NCBI RefSeq assembly: GCF_009914755.1
Contig: NC_060940.1
DNA length: 64,000 bases
DNA from: the human T2T-CHM13v2.0 reference genome, Homo sapiens
Direction: 5' to 3' (one strand)
In this document: in pieces, positions 16,986 through 31,659 of the stretch
How the letters are laid out: each line of letters starts with the position of its first letter
How positions within the stretch are numbered: position 1 is the first letter of the stretch
Made by a program: the position numbers and the translations under genes
Notes under the pieces: model-generated
Told to the model about the DNA's origin: nothing
Databases searched by the model: none
Seen by the model: the letters and a program-made list of their open reading frames with translations, nothing else

Positions 16986-17514
16986 AAAACATTGATTTAA
17001 ATAAAAATGCCAAGTAGGTAATAGTGTTCCTGCGTACATCTGTGACAAAGGAAGTTTGAGAAACTGTCAGGTGAGCTTAGAGGAAAAGGGACCAGCTGCT
17101 GGGCAAGATGTCAACAAAGCTCTGGAAGTGGACCCCTGAATTTGCCAAGGGGAGGAAATGGGGAGAGACAGTCCAGGCAGGGCAGGGAAGTGGGGGCAGA
17201 GCATGCCATTGCCCTGGTGGCCGCTGTGGTGGCTGGGGCATCCTGGGAGACATAGTAGGGTGCTTGAGCTGCTCCTGCTGAGGGATAGCTGAGCTGGCTG
17301 GGAGCTGCTCCGGGGAGTGCCGACTCCCCACCTCCCTGACCTGCCTCCTCCACAGGGACCAGAGAAAGTCAGGGGCTGGCAGGAAAAGCCACCAGATGGG
17401 CACCCCCACCATAGGGAGTGCTGCGGGGCTACGGCAGGGGCCCACAGTGTTGGTGACAATAGTGGAATTCCATCCCAACTCATTTCAGGCATGGAACCAC
17501 CTCTCAGCATGTGA

Positions 17515-17940
<426 letters not shown>

Positions 17941-17999
17941 TGACCCCTGAACACAAACCAAAATGTCACCCAGTCCTTACCCATAGAAACTGGCCATGT

Positions 18000-18286
18000 C
18001 CCAGGAGTTTGAGACCAGCCTGGTCAACATAGTGAGACCCCATCTCTAAAAAATAAAAATTAACAATAAATAAACAACAATAAAAAATTAGCCGGCGTGG
18101 TGGCACACCCCTGGTAGTAGTCCTAGCTGCCTGAGAGGCTGAGGCGGAAGGATCACTTGAGCACAGGAGGTCAAGGTTGCAGTGAGCCATGATCACGCCA
18201 CTCATTCCAGCCTGGGCCACAGAGTGAGACCATCTCTCAAAAAAAAAAAAAAAAAAAGAAAAAAAAAGAAAGAAAGAAAAAAGAAA
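18000..18286 (+). mobile_element. AluJ, 5'-truncated
   Basis: Starts cccaggagtttgagacc; long A tail. Confidence 0.9.
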
Positions 18287-18869
18287 CCGGCTATGTTACT
18301 GTTATGGGAGACACTGGGGTGGGGTTGTCTCACATGGCGCCTCCATAAAGGGAGTCGGTGTCTGCTTTGGGGCGCCTCCCCACGCTGCCTTGCCCTTCTG
18401 TGGCTCCGTCACACTTGCTGTCGCTGACTCGAGGATTGCTCATGAGTCCAGCTTCACGGGGATCAGCTACAAGTTGCTTGTGTTCTCTATGGAATCCCAG
18501 GGCCTGGCACTGTGAGACCCACAGTAAATATCCATCAGACAAAGGAAAGAGCACATGCCCAGTGCCCCGCCCTGAAGCACAAGCCTTACCGGCATTCTCA
18601 TTCAGTCTCAGTCACCTGAGGAGACAGGCTTCTTACTTATTTTTTTAAAGCAAGGTTGCTCTTATTATCCCCATTTTATAGAAGAAGCAGTGGAGGCTTG
18701 GGCTACATAACTTGCTGCAGCAGACACAGTGGATGCCGCACCTATATGCCTCCATACAGCCCTCAGCCAATGGTGGCGAGGGCTGGCATATAAATGCCCT
18801 GGCTCCCCCATCCATCTGGGTGCAGCCAAGTGCTGACTCCCAGAGCTGCTCAGAAACAGACCTGCTGAG

Positions 18870-19261
<392 letters not shown>

Positions 19262-20020
19262 CTAAACACACTTGGATTCGTGTCCTTGTCTCTGAGATGG
19301 CTTCTGATGGAGCAGCTCCCAGGGTCAGACTGTAGATCTAAACACAGGAGTACTCCCTCAGCGCCCACTCTTCGCCCCATGCCACCCTGAGTTCACTCAG
19401 TGACCCTCAGATTTCTCCAGCCAGAGCTTCCAGGGCTGGCTGACTTTTCCATACTCCCTGGGAGCACCATCCAGACTTGTGAATGAGGAAGCCTGGAGTT
19501 AGAATTTTAAGCAACTATAAGGGACTCTTTCTGCATCCTATTCCAGAAAGACAGTTATTCCATTCCTATTTTTCCAAAACCTTTGGAAGAGCAAAAGCTT
19601 GGCAGTCCCCTCTACTTTTTCCAGCTATTTCTGCCTTTCACCAGACCTAACTTGAGATTTCCTCTTTAGAACTCACAACCAGGTATCTTCTGCCCACTGA
19701 TGATCAGAGATGGGACCATCCTGGTGCCTGTAGAGCCTGAAATGAGCTGGTCCCCAAGTGAATCCTGCAGAGAGGAAAATTACCAGAAAGAAACGTGAGC
19801 TGGGCAGCAAGCTTCCGTTTGCCCTCTGCACTAGCCCCAGCTAAGTACTCCCTTTTCATTCCGAGGGCAGAGGTGAAATCAGCCTCCCATGCCTCCTTCA
19901 CTGGGCTTTGCCCTGGGGGTGGGCTGGTCATGGTGCCCAGTGACCAGCTGCCTGAACTGCCCTGGCCTTCTCAGGCCAGAGTTGAACTCAGGTCCCTTCT
20001 TGCTCCACAAAAGCAGAATC

Positions 20021-20022
<2 letters not shown>

Positions 20023-20051
<29 letters not shown>

Positions 20052-20204
20052 ATTTGTAGAGACAGGGTCTCACTCTGAGGCAGGCTGAAATGCAGTGATT
20101 TGATCATAGCTCACTGTAACCTTGAACTCCTGTGCTAAAGCGATCCTCCTGCCTCAGACTCCCTCACCTGCTGGGATTATAGGTGTAAGCCATCATGCCC
20201 AGCC
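20023..20204 (-). mobile_element. (TG)n microsatellite plus FAM/FRAM-like Alu monomer
   Basis: (TG)14 at 20023-20050, then a single monomer. Confidence 0.85.
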
Positions 20205-20288
20205 CCATGTACACATTTTAAAATAATAAACTGAAACCCTCTTCTACCCAAGCAGCAGCCACAGATGGTCAATTAAAACGCAGGGTAA

Positions 20289-20587
20289 GATCAGGCACAG
20301 TGGCTTACGCCTATCATCCTAGCAGTTTGGGAAGCTGAGGTGGGAGGATCACTTAAGGCTAGGAGTTCGAGACCAGCCTGGGCAACATAGCAAGACTCCA
20401 TCTCTATGAAAAAATTAAAAATTAACTGGACATGGTGGTGGCACCTGTAATCCCAGCTACCCAGGAGGCTGAGGCAGAATGATTGCTCGAGCCCAGGAAT
20501 TCGAGGCTACAGTGAGCTATGATTGTGCCACTGAACTCCAGCCTTGGCAACAGAGCAAGACTCTGTCTCTAAAACAAAAACAAAAAA
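20289..20587 (+). mobile_element. AluJ
   Basis: Dimer; TSD aaaac(g/c)cagggtaa. Confidence 0.92.
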
Positions 20588-20659
20588 CCCAGGGTAACCC
20601 CTATAGTTGCAAATGCCTCCGTAGGCCACCCTTTTGTTACCTTGAAGACTGAAGTGGAA

Positions 20660-21292
20660 GCCAGCACCATGTCTCACCCACCTAAGAGGCCTCAGGGCTC
20701 TTAAGGAGTCCCTCTGATCCGTCTCTGCACGCCCTTACTGGTCCCTCCAACCTGCTCCCTTCATGGCCTCTAGGACAGTGTCCTCCAAATGCAGAGCTGA
20801 TCACATCAATCCTGGCTAAAACTTTCCAGTGGCTTCCCTGACTATCAGAGTAAAATCCATCACACGCCCACTGCCAGCCCAGCCCAGCCCAGGATGACGG
20901 GCCCCTGCTGATGACACCTTTCAGATGCCCCTGACTGCCATGCCCGGCACTCAGGCCATCTCAATGTTCCTGGAATCTGCCTTGGGTCCTTTGCCCTTTT
21001 AGGATTTCAGTGCATCCAGCGAGCCTCAGAGGAAATGTCCCCTCCTCACAGAGGCCATTCCTGATGGCCTGGTTTAATATTCTCCTATCCCTCACTTTCT
21101 GTCACATCGTTCTGATTCCTGCCAACACAGCCTCTATCACAATTAGAAGTCACTGCGTTTGTTTCTGATCTCTCTGTTCATTGCTGTCAGCTCCTTGAGA
21201 TCAGGGCCTCTGGCCATCTTGCTCAGCGCTGTAGCTTCTGCACCTGGCACGGAATGGGTGCCCAGTAGATATATGCTGAATGAATGAATGAG
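20660..21292 (+). mobile_element. L2 3' portion
   Basis: Ends cacctggcacggaatgggtgcccagtagatatatgctgaatgaatgaatga. Confidence 0.75.
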
Positions 21293-23119
21293 TAAATTCC
21301 ACTGGGGGCAACCAGCAAGAGAAGGTGAATGAAATAGACAAGAGGAGCTGCTTCTTGCACCTGTGTCCCCAGGGAGCTTGGGCTCCCTCCTTCCGTTGGG
21401 AATCCTCAGAAGCAAACATGTGGCTAGGAGAACCCTGTAAGCTGCTGCTTACAGATCCTTGTGCCATCGTTAACCACTTGAATATTGCATTTTTTTTTTT
21501 TATCAAGGCCTCTCTTGGCCCCCAGGGAGGCCCACCCTCTGGAACCTCTGGGATGCAGCTCCAGTCTCCAAGTGGTGGCCCTGGCAACGGGCCCTGGGAG
21601 CACTGGGTCCTTGGGGCTTTCTCCAGCTCCTCCTGGTCCCCTGGGTCTTTGGTGTCCTCTGCTCAGCAACCTGAGCTGAGCCCCAGCCCGAGAGGGGACA
21701 GGTCCCTGAGGGAAGGGACTGGAAAGTGAGACTCTGGGGTCAGGGCCCTCCTAGGAAGCAACTAGGAAGGAGGGGAGGTTTGCTTGGGAGTTGTCCAGCT
21801 CCAATCACCCAGAGGCCAGTCCCCAGGGCCCCGCACCCACGGGGGCTGAGCCCAGGGAGGCAGCAGGCTGTGTTGTCAAAGGAAGCCTCAGGCCACTGGG
21901 AAGTTGCTGGGAAAAGTTTGCAGCGCTCTCCCCCAGGTGCCCTCTGGGCCCCTGGGCCCCTGCTTCTCCAAGGACAGAAACATGGGTTCCCTGAGGCCTC
22001 ATGCCTGGCTGCCCTCACTCTTTCCGAGGAGGGTTTCAAGAGCCAAGAGCTCAAAGAGAATTAGACCCTGGGCCTGAGAGATCCCAGATCTCACGGGGTG
22101 GAGGCCCACTGTATCCAACCCTCCCAAGACAGTATTTTATCATCTACAGTCAGGAAGTGCTTCCTTAGGTCTAACTGCCACGCCTCCTGCTTTCATGTAG
22201 GTATGTTCTGCAAATGTGGTATCCAAAGGTCAGGCCATATCTGTATCTTGGGTGATAAGGAAGTCTGCTTTAAAGACCAGACACTCGAGGACCCAGTGTT
22301 TGGAGGTAAGGAAGTGTCATAAAACTGGAAAGTGCTGTCTTCCCTCCTTCCTTGTCTTTTTAGTTGAGCAAGACCGAGCAGGGAATGGAAGGGTGGGGAG
22401 CTGGAGCTGGAGTACAGCTCCCACCCTGCTCCTTCTGCTGTGTGGCCTCTGGAAGGGGCCGGAGCTCTCGGAGCCTGCAGGTACACATCTCTAACATGGG
22501 TGGCATCCGGATACTCATTTCAAAGGTGGGATTACACGGGACAACTAGTGGGCCTTGAGCCCAATGGTAGCTGCTACTAATGTAGCCACTGCCACATCCT
22601 CCAAGGCCAGCTTTGCCCTGCAAAGAGTGTGCAGGGGGCCAGGACTTCCTCCTCTCCCTCCTCTGGGCTTACAGAGCCTAAATGTGCATATTCTCCCCAG
22701 TTAGAGAAGACAGTGTGGAGGCTGGAGAAAGGAAGAGTAGCCACCCTCTCTCTTCCTCTCCCACACAGTGGGCGCTTATTCATTCAACAAACACCACTGC
22801 AATCAGCTTGTGTCCCAGATGCCAAAGTGGGGGCCACATTCGCCAGCTGGGACTCATAGCCAAGGAGGTCACTGGCAAGTCACCAGGTCACCACGTGAGA
22901 AAGGCTAGGAAGGGAGCATGGGGTGGGGCTCAGGGGGCTCCACCGAGAAACTTCGAGGGATGGTGTCAGTGTGGAGTCGATACCGGAGCTGAGTTTGAGA
23001 GATTGAACAGAACCTCACTAGATGAGGGGCCAGGGAGGATCCCCAGGCTGCAGGCAGAGACCTTTGGCCCAGTGGATCCTGTCCCAAGGCCCACTTTTTT
23101 GTTTATGTATTTTACATAT

Positions 23120-23345
23120 ATTAATATTATTTTATTTAAGGTTTAAAAGCTGGCATTACAAATAGTCCAGTGACCTATCTTTGGTGTGTGCAGCTCACAG
23201 AATTTTTATGCACACGTACACCCGTGGGACCGCCTCCTCGGTGGAGATGTAGGACCCCGTCAGCTTCCAGCAGGCCCCTCCTGCTGCTCCTAGTGTGTGC
23301 CCCCAACCCCAGGCGACCCTCCTCCAGCTTCTGTCACCCTAGATG
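23120..23345 (-). mobile_element. Old L1M(E) 3' end fragment
   Basis: gtgtgcagctcacagaattttt...cacccgtgggaccgcc...cttctgtcaccctagat follows the L1ME 3' layout. Confidence 0.55.
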
Positions 23346-23879
23346 ACAGGACACCCCCTTTCATAACACGTTTGTGTAACACCCCTTCTACTACCCTGAC
23401 ATGAAATTCATAGACTGGCCCTAACCTGAATTAAGAAGATAAATAAAGTATAATACATGCATATGTGTTTATAATAAAAACAAGTACAGTAGTTCAGGAT
23501 GTCAGTGTCCCCATGGGAATATCCCAGACCTAAACCTCCTGAGAAGGCACTTATACCCCTGTGGAGAACCACGCCCTTGACGGTTAGAGCTGCAGACTTC
23601 AGAAGCGCTCAGCCAGCACCCTCCGCATCAGAGGGGCAGAGTGTGGCTCCAAGAGGGAATGGGACATGACCCAGATCACAGGGCCACACCCCAGATCAGT
23701 GGGATAGCATCATACAGTGTTCAACAGCTCGAGCTTTGGGGTCAGACATACTCAGTTTCAGTCCTCACAACGGCAGGTCACTTGTCTCCAGAAGGGTGAT
23801 GACAGAGGAGCCTTACAAGGACTAAATAAAATGATGCGTACGGAGTGCTCGAGATCAGTATAAATAAGGGCCTTCGTTT

Positions 23880-24890
23880 ACTTGATGGACATTTATTGAG
23901 TACCTACTATGTTCCAGGTCCTGGGCTGGATGTGAGAAGTGGACCAAGATGGATGAAGCTTCAGAAAGCTTACACTCTGGTGGGGGAGAAGCAGGACATA
24001 GGTAACCAAATTCATGGAGAAGAATGTTGTAGATGGTGATCTACAGCCAGCCGATATTAAAATAGGAAGTAATTGAGAGTTTCTTAGATGCTGGGGCTCA
24101 AGGATGTCTTCTCCGAGGAGGAGACACTTGCACTGAGACAGGAATAATGAGACATAACCCAGACAATGTTGGGAGGAAGCAGCATTTGAGGCAGAAGGAC
24201 AGCCAGTGGAAAGGCCCTGCGGCAGGGACTGGCTTGAAAAGATCTAGGAAAACAAGACATAGAGAACAAGAGCATTAAAGCCTGAAGGTGGCCAGAGACC
24301 CGGAGCCAGATCATGCAGGGCCTTATAGCATGGTATTCTGGTTGAAAGGAAAGCCTGTAGACACTTTTAACCAGGGATACCACGTAATCTGACTTATGTC
24401 TTCAAAATCTCCCATTGTTGGCCAGGCATGGTGGTTCACCCCTGTAAACCCAGCACTTTGGGAGCCTGAGATGCTGACGTGGGAGGGTCACTTGAAGCCA
24501 GAAATTTGTGATCAGCCTGGGCAACATAGCAAGACTGCATCTCTACCAAAAAAAAAAAAAAAAAATTAGCCAGGTGCGGTAACGTGCACCTCTAGTCCCA
24601 GCTACTTGGGAAGTTGAGGCAGGAGGATTGCTTGAGCCCAGGAAGTCAAAGCTGTAGTGAGCCGTGGTCACACAACTGCACTCCAGCCTGGGTGACAGAG
24701 CAAGACCTCATCTAACATATATATATATATAAAAAATAAAACCTTCCCACTGGCTGTTTGTGTGAAGGGGTTGAGGGGGCAAGAGTGGAAGGAAGGAACC
24801 CAGTGAGGAGGCTGCTGTGGGTGTCCAGGTGAGAGGTGAGAGGTGTTGGAGCCCGGGTCTGGAAGGCCCTGGGTGGGCAGATGTAGGTTA
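23880..24890 (-). mobile_element. L2 interrupted by AluJ (24420-24741, +)
   Basis: catttattgagtacctactatgttccagg start; the Alu has a (TA)n tail. Confidence 0.8.
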
Positions 24891-25078
24891 CGCATGACTC
24901 AGTCAACAGGAGGCGGGATCAGTACTTCCTTCCAGTGCTCTTCCTGCTGTACATTAAACAGACATTACCCTAGTGCATCCCAGTAGTGCCTTGCTCTTTT
25001 AATGCAACGGATATTTATTCAGGACCTACTGTATGCAAGGCTCCACATTAGACTGGGTAGGAAGGGGGTTGGTGGTGA

Positions 25079-25764
<686 letters not shown>

Positions 25765-26331
25765 TTGTGGGACTTCTTGAAGAAGCAGAACAAAGGGCGA
25801 CAGGTGTTCCCCAGCCCCTGGTCCTCCCACCCACGGTCCCTGTACCTGGAATAATGGCAGTGGCCTCATCAATTACACACTTCGCCTATGCCAGGCCTTT
25901 CATATCCTTGCTGATTTAGTTTTCACAGCTCTAAGAGCTTGGGTCCCACTGCCTCTGTTTTACAGATGAGGAAGTAAAAGCCCTGAATTTACTCAATCAC
26001 CTGTCATCTGAGACCTCTGCTTACACTGCACCTTACTGACACTCAGCTTCCCTTCAGCCTCCCTGGGTCACAGGCAGAGGGTGTCAGAGGCCTCTGACTC
26101 TGCCCCTCATCTCTCAGTCCACACACCTCCCCATCCCAGCTCAACAGACAGCGCCTGCCCCAAGTACCCAATCCACACACATCTATGAACGCCCCACACC
26201 CATCACAATCGGCTTCCAACACTCCCAGAATTCAACCATGCCTGGCACCTGGCTCAGCTGCCATCCTCTCCAGCTGTCTGACCATGGCCTCCTAACTGTC
26301 TTCAGCTTCTGCCCTTGGCCTATCCTGTCTA

Positions 26332-26660
26332 CAGCAGTGCTGTCAACTAGAAACATAAGTGCTGTCAACTAGAAACATAAGCCACGTAAGGAATTTTCTA
26401 GTAGCCACACCCAAAGAAGTAAAAAGAAATGGATAAAATTAATCTTATTCATGTATTTTAAACCAAATATATCTGCAAGATTATCATTTCAATGTATAAT
26501 CAATGTTTTTACATTGCTAATTAGTTTCCCTTTTTTTCATAGTAAGTCTTCAACACCCAGACCGTATGTATACCTACAGTGCAGCTGTATTCAGACAAGC
26601 CACATTTTAAGCACTCAACAGCCACATGTGGCCAGCGGTTTTGATAACGAACAGAGTAGC
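26332..26660. mobile_element. MER33/MER3-type hAT element
   Basis: cagtgctgtc..., ttttctagtagccaca..., gccacattttaagcactcaacagccacatgtggc. Confidence 0.8.
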
Positions 26661-26707
26661 TCTATTCTCAACACAGCAGCCAGAGCAGTTCTTTTAAAAA
26701 GTGGACC

Positions 26708-27006
<299 letters not shown>

Positions 27007-27009
27007 GTG

Positions 27010-27500
27010 TATCAGTGCATGTCACTTCTCTGTTTGGAACCTGCAAAATCTCCCCATTTTTCTCAGAGTCAAAGTCAAAGTCCTGACAAGGGTGAACCAG
27101 CTCCCATGCTGCCCTCTCCCCCTCTGCCTCCCACAGAGCCTTTGCATTTGCTCTTTCCCTCTGCCTGGAACACTCCCACTCCAGGTTCCTCCTGGCTTGC
27201 TTCCTGTCCTCCTTCAAATCTTTGCTCAAATGTCACATTCTCAGGAAGGGCTGCTTGGGCCACACTGTTTAACTTGCAGCTCCCCTCTACTTTATCCCTC
27301 TCCATCCCAGTTAGTTTCTCTCCAAAGCACTTAACACCTTCTAATATAGTGTATAATGTTCTTATGTATTGTGTTTACTGTCTTTGTCTCTATTGTTTAA
27401 ATGTTGGCTCTAGAAGGGATTTTTGTTTGTTTTGTTCATTTCTGTTTGCCCGGTGCTTGGCACATAGTAGGTACTCAACAAATATTGCTTGGTTGGATGA
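27010..27500 (+). mobile_element. L2 3' end
   Basis: gcctttgcatttgctctttccctctgcctggaac...ggcacatagtaggtactcaacaaatatt. Confidence 0.85.
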
Positions 27501-27899
27501 ATGGATGGATGATTGGATGCATGGATGGTTGGATGGATGGATAGTTGGATGGGTGGATGGATGAACGGGTGGGTGGATGGATGATTGGTGGATGGATGGA
27601 TTGGTGGCTGCATGGCTGGCTGGCTGGCTGGCTGGATGGATGGATGGATGGATGGCAGGATGGGTGAATAGTTGGATGGGTGGATGGATGGTTGATGGAT
27701 GAATGAATGGGTGGAAGCATGGATGGATGGAGGGTCAGATGGGTGAATGGATGGATGGATTGCTGGATGAGTGAATAGACAGATGGATGTATGGTTGGAC
27801 GGATAGGGATAGATCGATGGGTGGTTGGGTGGTTGGGTGGATGGATGGATGGATGGATGATGGTTAGATAGGTGGATGGTTAAATGAATAGATGGATGC
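27490..27899 (+). repeat. Degenerate (TGGA)n simple repeat, ~410 bp
   Basis: Directly visible; includes a (TGGC)n subtract. Confidence 0.95.
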
Positions 27900-28704
27900 A
27901 GACCTACTATGTGCTGATCAGGCTGAATGACTTGATAGAAAGCCGTTATTTAAACACACAAACACATGTGTGTGCTGAGAGAACTGGGAAGTCTGTTGCC
28001 CTATTGCTCTTCTGTGCACAGCGGCCACCTTTCCTGGAGAATCCAAGATGCAGCAAGGAGAACTGCAGAGGTGACTGCCTGGGCTGCCCTTGAGTAGCTC
28101 ATTTTCTCAGGTCAGTTTCTTGTGGTCTGGAAGGATTTAAAATAGGCTGCTATTTAAAAACAGAAAATCTCCCAGTCTGTCCAATTAATGCTCACAGTTC
28201 ATTGTTTGTAATTGCACATAAAATTTTATAATGGGAAATTACAAGAATTCACTTTGAAGACTTCCCCCAAAGAACATATTTAGGAGAAAAAAATCCCATT
28301 TCTGCTTTCAAGGGATAGGTCTCTTAGTAAAGAGTTCTGAAACCTTTCCAAGAGATGAGCTTATGGGGGCAGGGGAGTGGTATACAAAGAGCAAGAGCTT
28401 TGGGTTTGGATTCCAGCTCTGCAGGTGAACCTGGCAGCCAGTATTTAGTCAGTGTAAAGCATTTCACACCCATCCATCCTGAAGTCAGCTCTGTGAAATA
28501 CAAAGTGTGCCCACTTCTAGATCAGAAAACTTAGTTCATAAACGCTTCCCAAGTGGAACCCACACCCTGGACCATCCAACCCTGGCCTGTTTCAAGGAAA
28601 CCATATGGCCTTTGCACAACTTCAGGCTTTGAAGAGTCTCCCACTGGGCTGCCACATATGGTCATAGGGACCTGCTGCATGAATAAATAGAAAAGACAAT
28701 GTTC

Positions 28705-29136
<432 letters not shown>

Positions 29137-29744
29137 TTAATGTATTAAAATGTTAGTTTGTTCAATGCAAACATTTAAAATTTACCCCAATTTCTGAAAT
29201 CCTGTTTGGGCATTTGTCTGTTTGTTTTCATCTATCTAGAGACTCAGAAATGACAGTGCCTACACCTCTCTGTACTCTCAGAGGCCCCAAGGTTCAGGCT
29301 CTAACCCTGAGAAGACTCCTCTGTGTCCACATGGACTTGCTGTGACCTGGGCCAGGTGTCCCCTCCCTGAGCATCAGTTTCACTCTCAGCTGCAACATTC
29401 CAGGACACCTTGATTCTCACTGCTACCATGAAGATGCTCTGGGAGTGATGAAACACACACCTCAGGCCCTACCCTGAGCCCACTCAGCCAATGACACCCC
29501 TTTGCCAGCAAGCAGCCTCTCCTCCCTGTACTGGCGGCCTTGCAAATCATTGTATATATGTATTCCCTTCCGCGTGAGCCGTGAGGCTCCCTCTGACCTG
29601 GGGCACCAGAGGGCAGCTGTGTCAGCACCCCTTCGCCTTCTGCCTCACCTCACTATCATAGAACCTCCTTCTCATCACCCCTCCTCTGTGAATTAATTCC
29701 TAAGGGTCAGATACCTGGATATGCCATTTTTCTCTTCGTCATGT

Positions 29745-30007
29745 ATTTTATTTTATTTTATTTTTTTCTTGCTCTATTACTCAGACTGATGTTGAACTCC
29801 TGGGCACAAGTGATCCTCCCACCTCAGCCTTCCAAGTAGCTAGGACTACAGGCATGTGCCACTGTGCCCGGCTCATTAAAAAATGTTTTATAGAGATGGA
29901 ATCTCATTACATCGCCCATGCTTGTCTTGAACTCCTGGCCTCAAGCAATCCTCCTGCCTCAGTTTCCAGAGTAGCTGGGAACACAGGCGGGAGCCACCAA
30001 GTCCAGC
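29745..30007 (-). mobile_element. Atypical Alu dimer of two FLAM-like monomers
   Basis: Both halves lack the right-arm gctgcagtgagc...cactgcact segment. Confidence 0.75.
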
Positions 30008-30449
30008 TCATCCCTTCTTTTAATAATTATTGAACACCTACTATGTGCAAACTATGAGGGTATAGTGGCATAAGATTAGGTCTCTGCCCTCAGGGAGCTG
30101 AGTTTCCAGGGGTGAAAGAGAGAGAATACACACAAAAGCAAATAAATAAACAAGATGATTCCAGAGGAACATGAGTGCTGTGAAGACCGGGTCATATGTG
30201 ACCAAGGAGGCCACTTTGAAGAGGTGACGAAGCCCCTGGTGATAAGAGAAAAGCAGGACCATGAAGATCTGGGGGAGAAACAGCAGTGCAGAGGCCCAGA
30301 GGCAGGGTTGCTGAGCTTCTGGCAAAGCTCTGCAGGAAACTGAGCTCAGAGCCCCTGCTTCTTGGAGGAGTTTGAGGGACAGAAAGGGGCATTATGAGGG
30401 AAAGGAGAGAAGGTCAGATCATGTGGTGCCTTGCATGCAGCTTGTCCGA

Positions 30450-31045
30450 GTTTTGTTGTTTTTTTTGTTTGTTTGTTTGTTTTTGAGACTTGGTCTCACT
30501 CCATCATCCAAGCTGGAGATCAGTGGTATGATCATAGCTCACTGCAGCCTTGAACTCCTGAGCTCAAGCGGTCCTCCCGCCTCAGCCTCTGGAGTAGCTG
30601 GGACTACAGGTGCATGCTACCACGCCCGGCTAATTTTTAATTTTTTTTTTTTTTTTTTTTTGAGACGGAGTCTCGCTCTGTCACCAGGCTGGAGTGCACT
30701 GGCACTCTTGGCTCACTGCAACTCCACCTCCCAGGTTCAATCGATTCTCCTGCCTCAGCCTCCTGAGTAGCTGGGACTACAGGTGCCCGCCACCAGGCCC
30801 AGCTAATTTTTGTATTTTTAGCAGAGATGGGGTTTCACCATGTTGGCCAGGATGGTCTTGATCTCCTGACCTCGTGGTCTACCCGCCTTGGCCTCCCAAA
30901 GTGCTGGGATAATTTTTTAAATTTTTTATAGAGACAGGGTCTCACTATCTTGCCCAGGCTGGTCTCAAACTCCTGGCCTCAAGCATCCTCCTGCCTCTAC
31001 CTCTCAAAGTGCTGGGATTACAGATGTGAGCCACTGCACCTGGCC
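30450..31045 (-). mobile_element. AluS nested in the A-rich linker of an AluJ
   Basis: J arm 30483-30640, S copy 30641-30910, other J arm 30911-31045. Confidence 0.9.
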
Positions 31046-31296
31046 CATCCAAGGTTTTAGACAGGGAGTGGCCAGTAAGTTATTTTGACTACAAAACTTA
31101 TCATCCTAGCAGACCAAGAAAGGGCCAACTGGAGAGGGCCAAAGGGCACTAGTGAGGTTGGGCATTGGAGCCAGCTAGACATGGGTTCAAAGCTGGTCTT
31201 CTCCAGTTAACCACCTGTGTTGCACAACTTACCAAACCCTCTGTGTCTCAGTGTCCTGATCTGTAGAGTGGGAGTGGAGACTATCTCATGGGTTCC

Positions 31297-31659
31297 ATCT
31301 TCATCAGCTAAGACTGCTATAACAAAACACTATAGACTGGGAGGCTGCTTAAACAGGTATTTATTTTTCACAGTTCTGGAGGCTGGGAAGTCTGAGATCA
31401 GGGTGCAGGGTCAGGTTCTGGTGAGGGCTCTCTTCCTTGTTGGCAGATGGCCACCTTCTCGCTGTGTCCTCACACAGTGGAGAGAGGAAGCTGGGTCTCC
31501 TCATTTTCCCATGAAAGGCACTAATCCCATCACGAAGGCCCCACTCCATGACCTCATCTAACCGTAATCACCATCCAAAGATTCCACCTCCAAATACCAT
31601 CACATTGAGGGTTAGTCTTCAACACAGGAATTTCGTGGAGACATATTCTGTCCATAACA
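31297..31659 (-). mobile_element. MLT1A0-type LTR
   Basis: ctgctataacaaaacactatagactgg...caaataccatcacattgagggttag...tccataaca. Confidence 0.85.

Noticed and set aside
27490-27899. CRISPR-like array or GGAA (EWS-FLI1) microsatellite
   Set aside because: It is a simple TGGA repeat with no spacers, and the unit is not GGAA.
28030-28420. Possible degenerate inverted repeat around the 28.2-kb AT core (ctgccc...agctcat...gtttc)
   Set aside because: Only ~60% similar over ~35 bp by eye; indistinguishable from chance without a statistical alignment.
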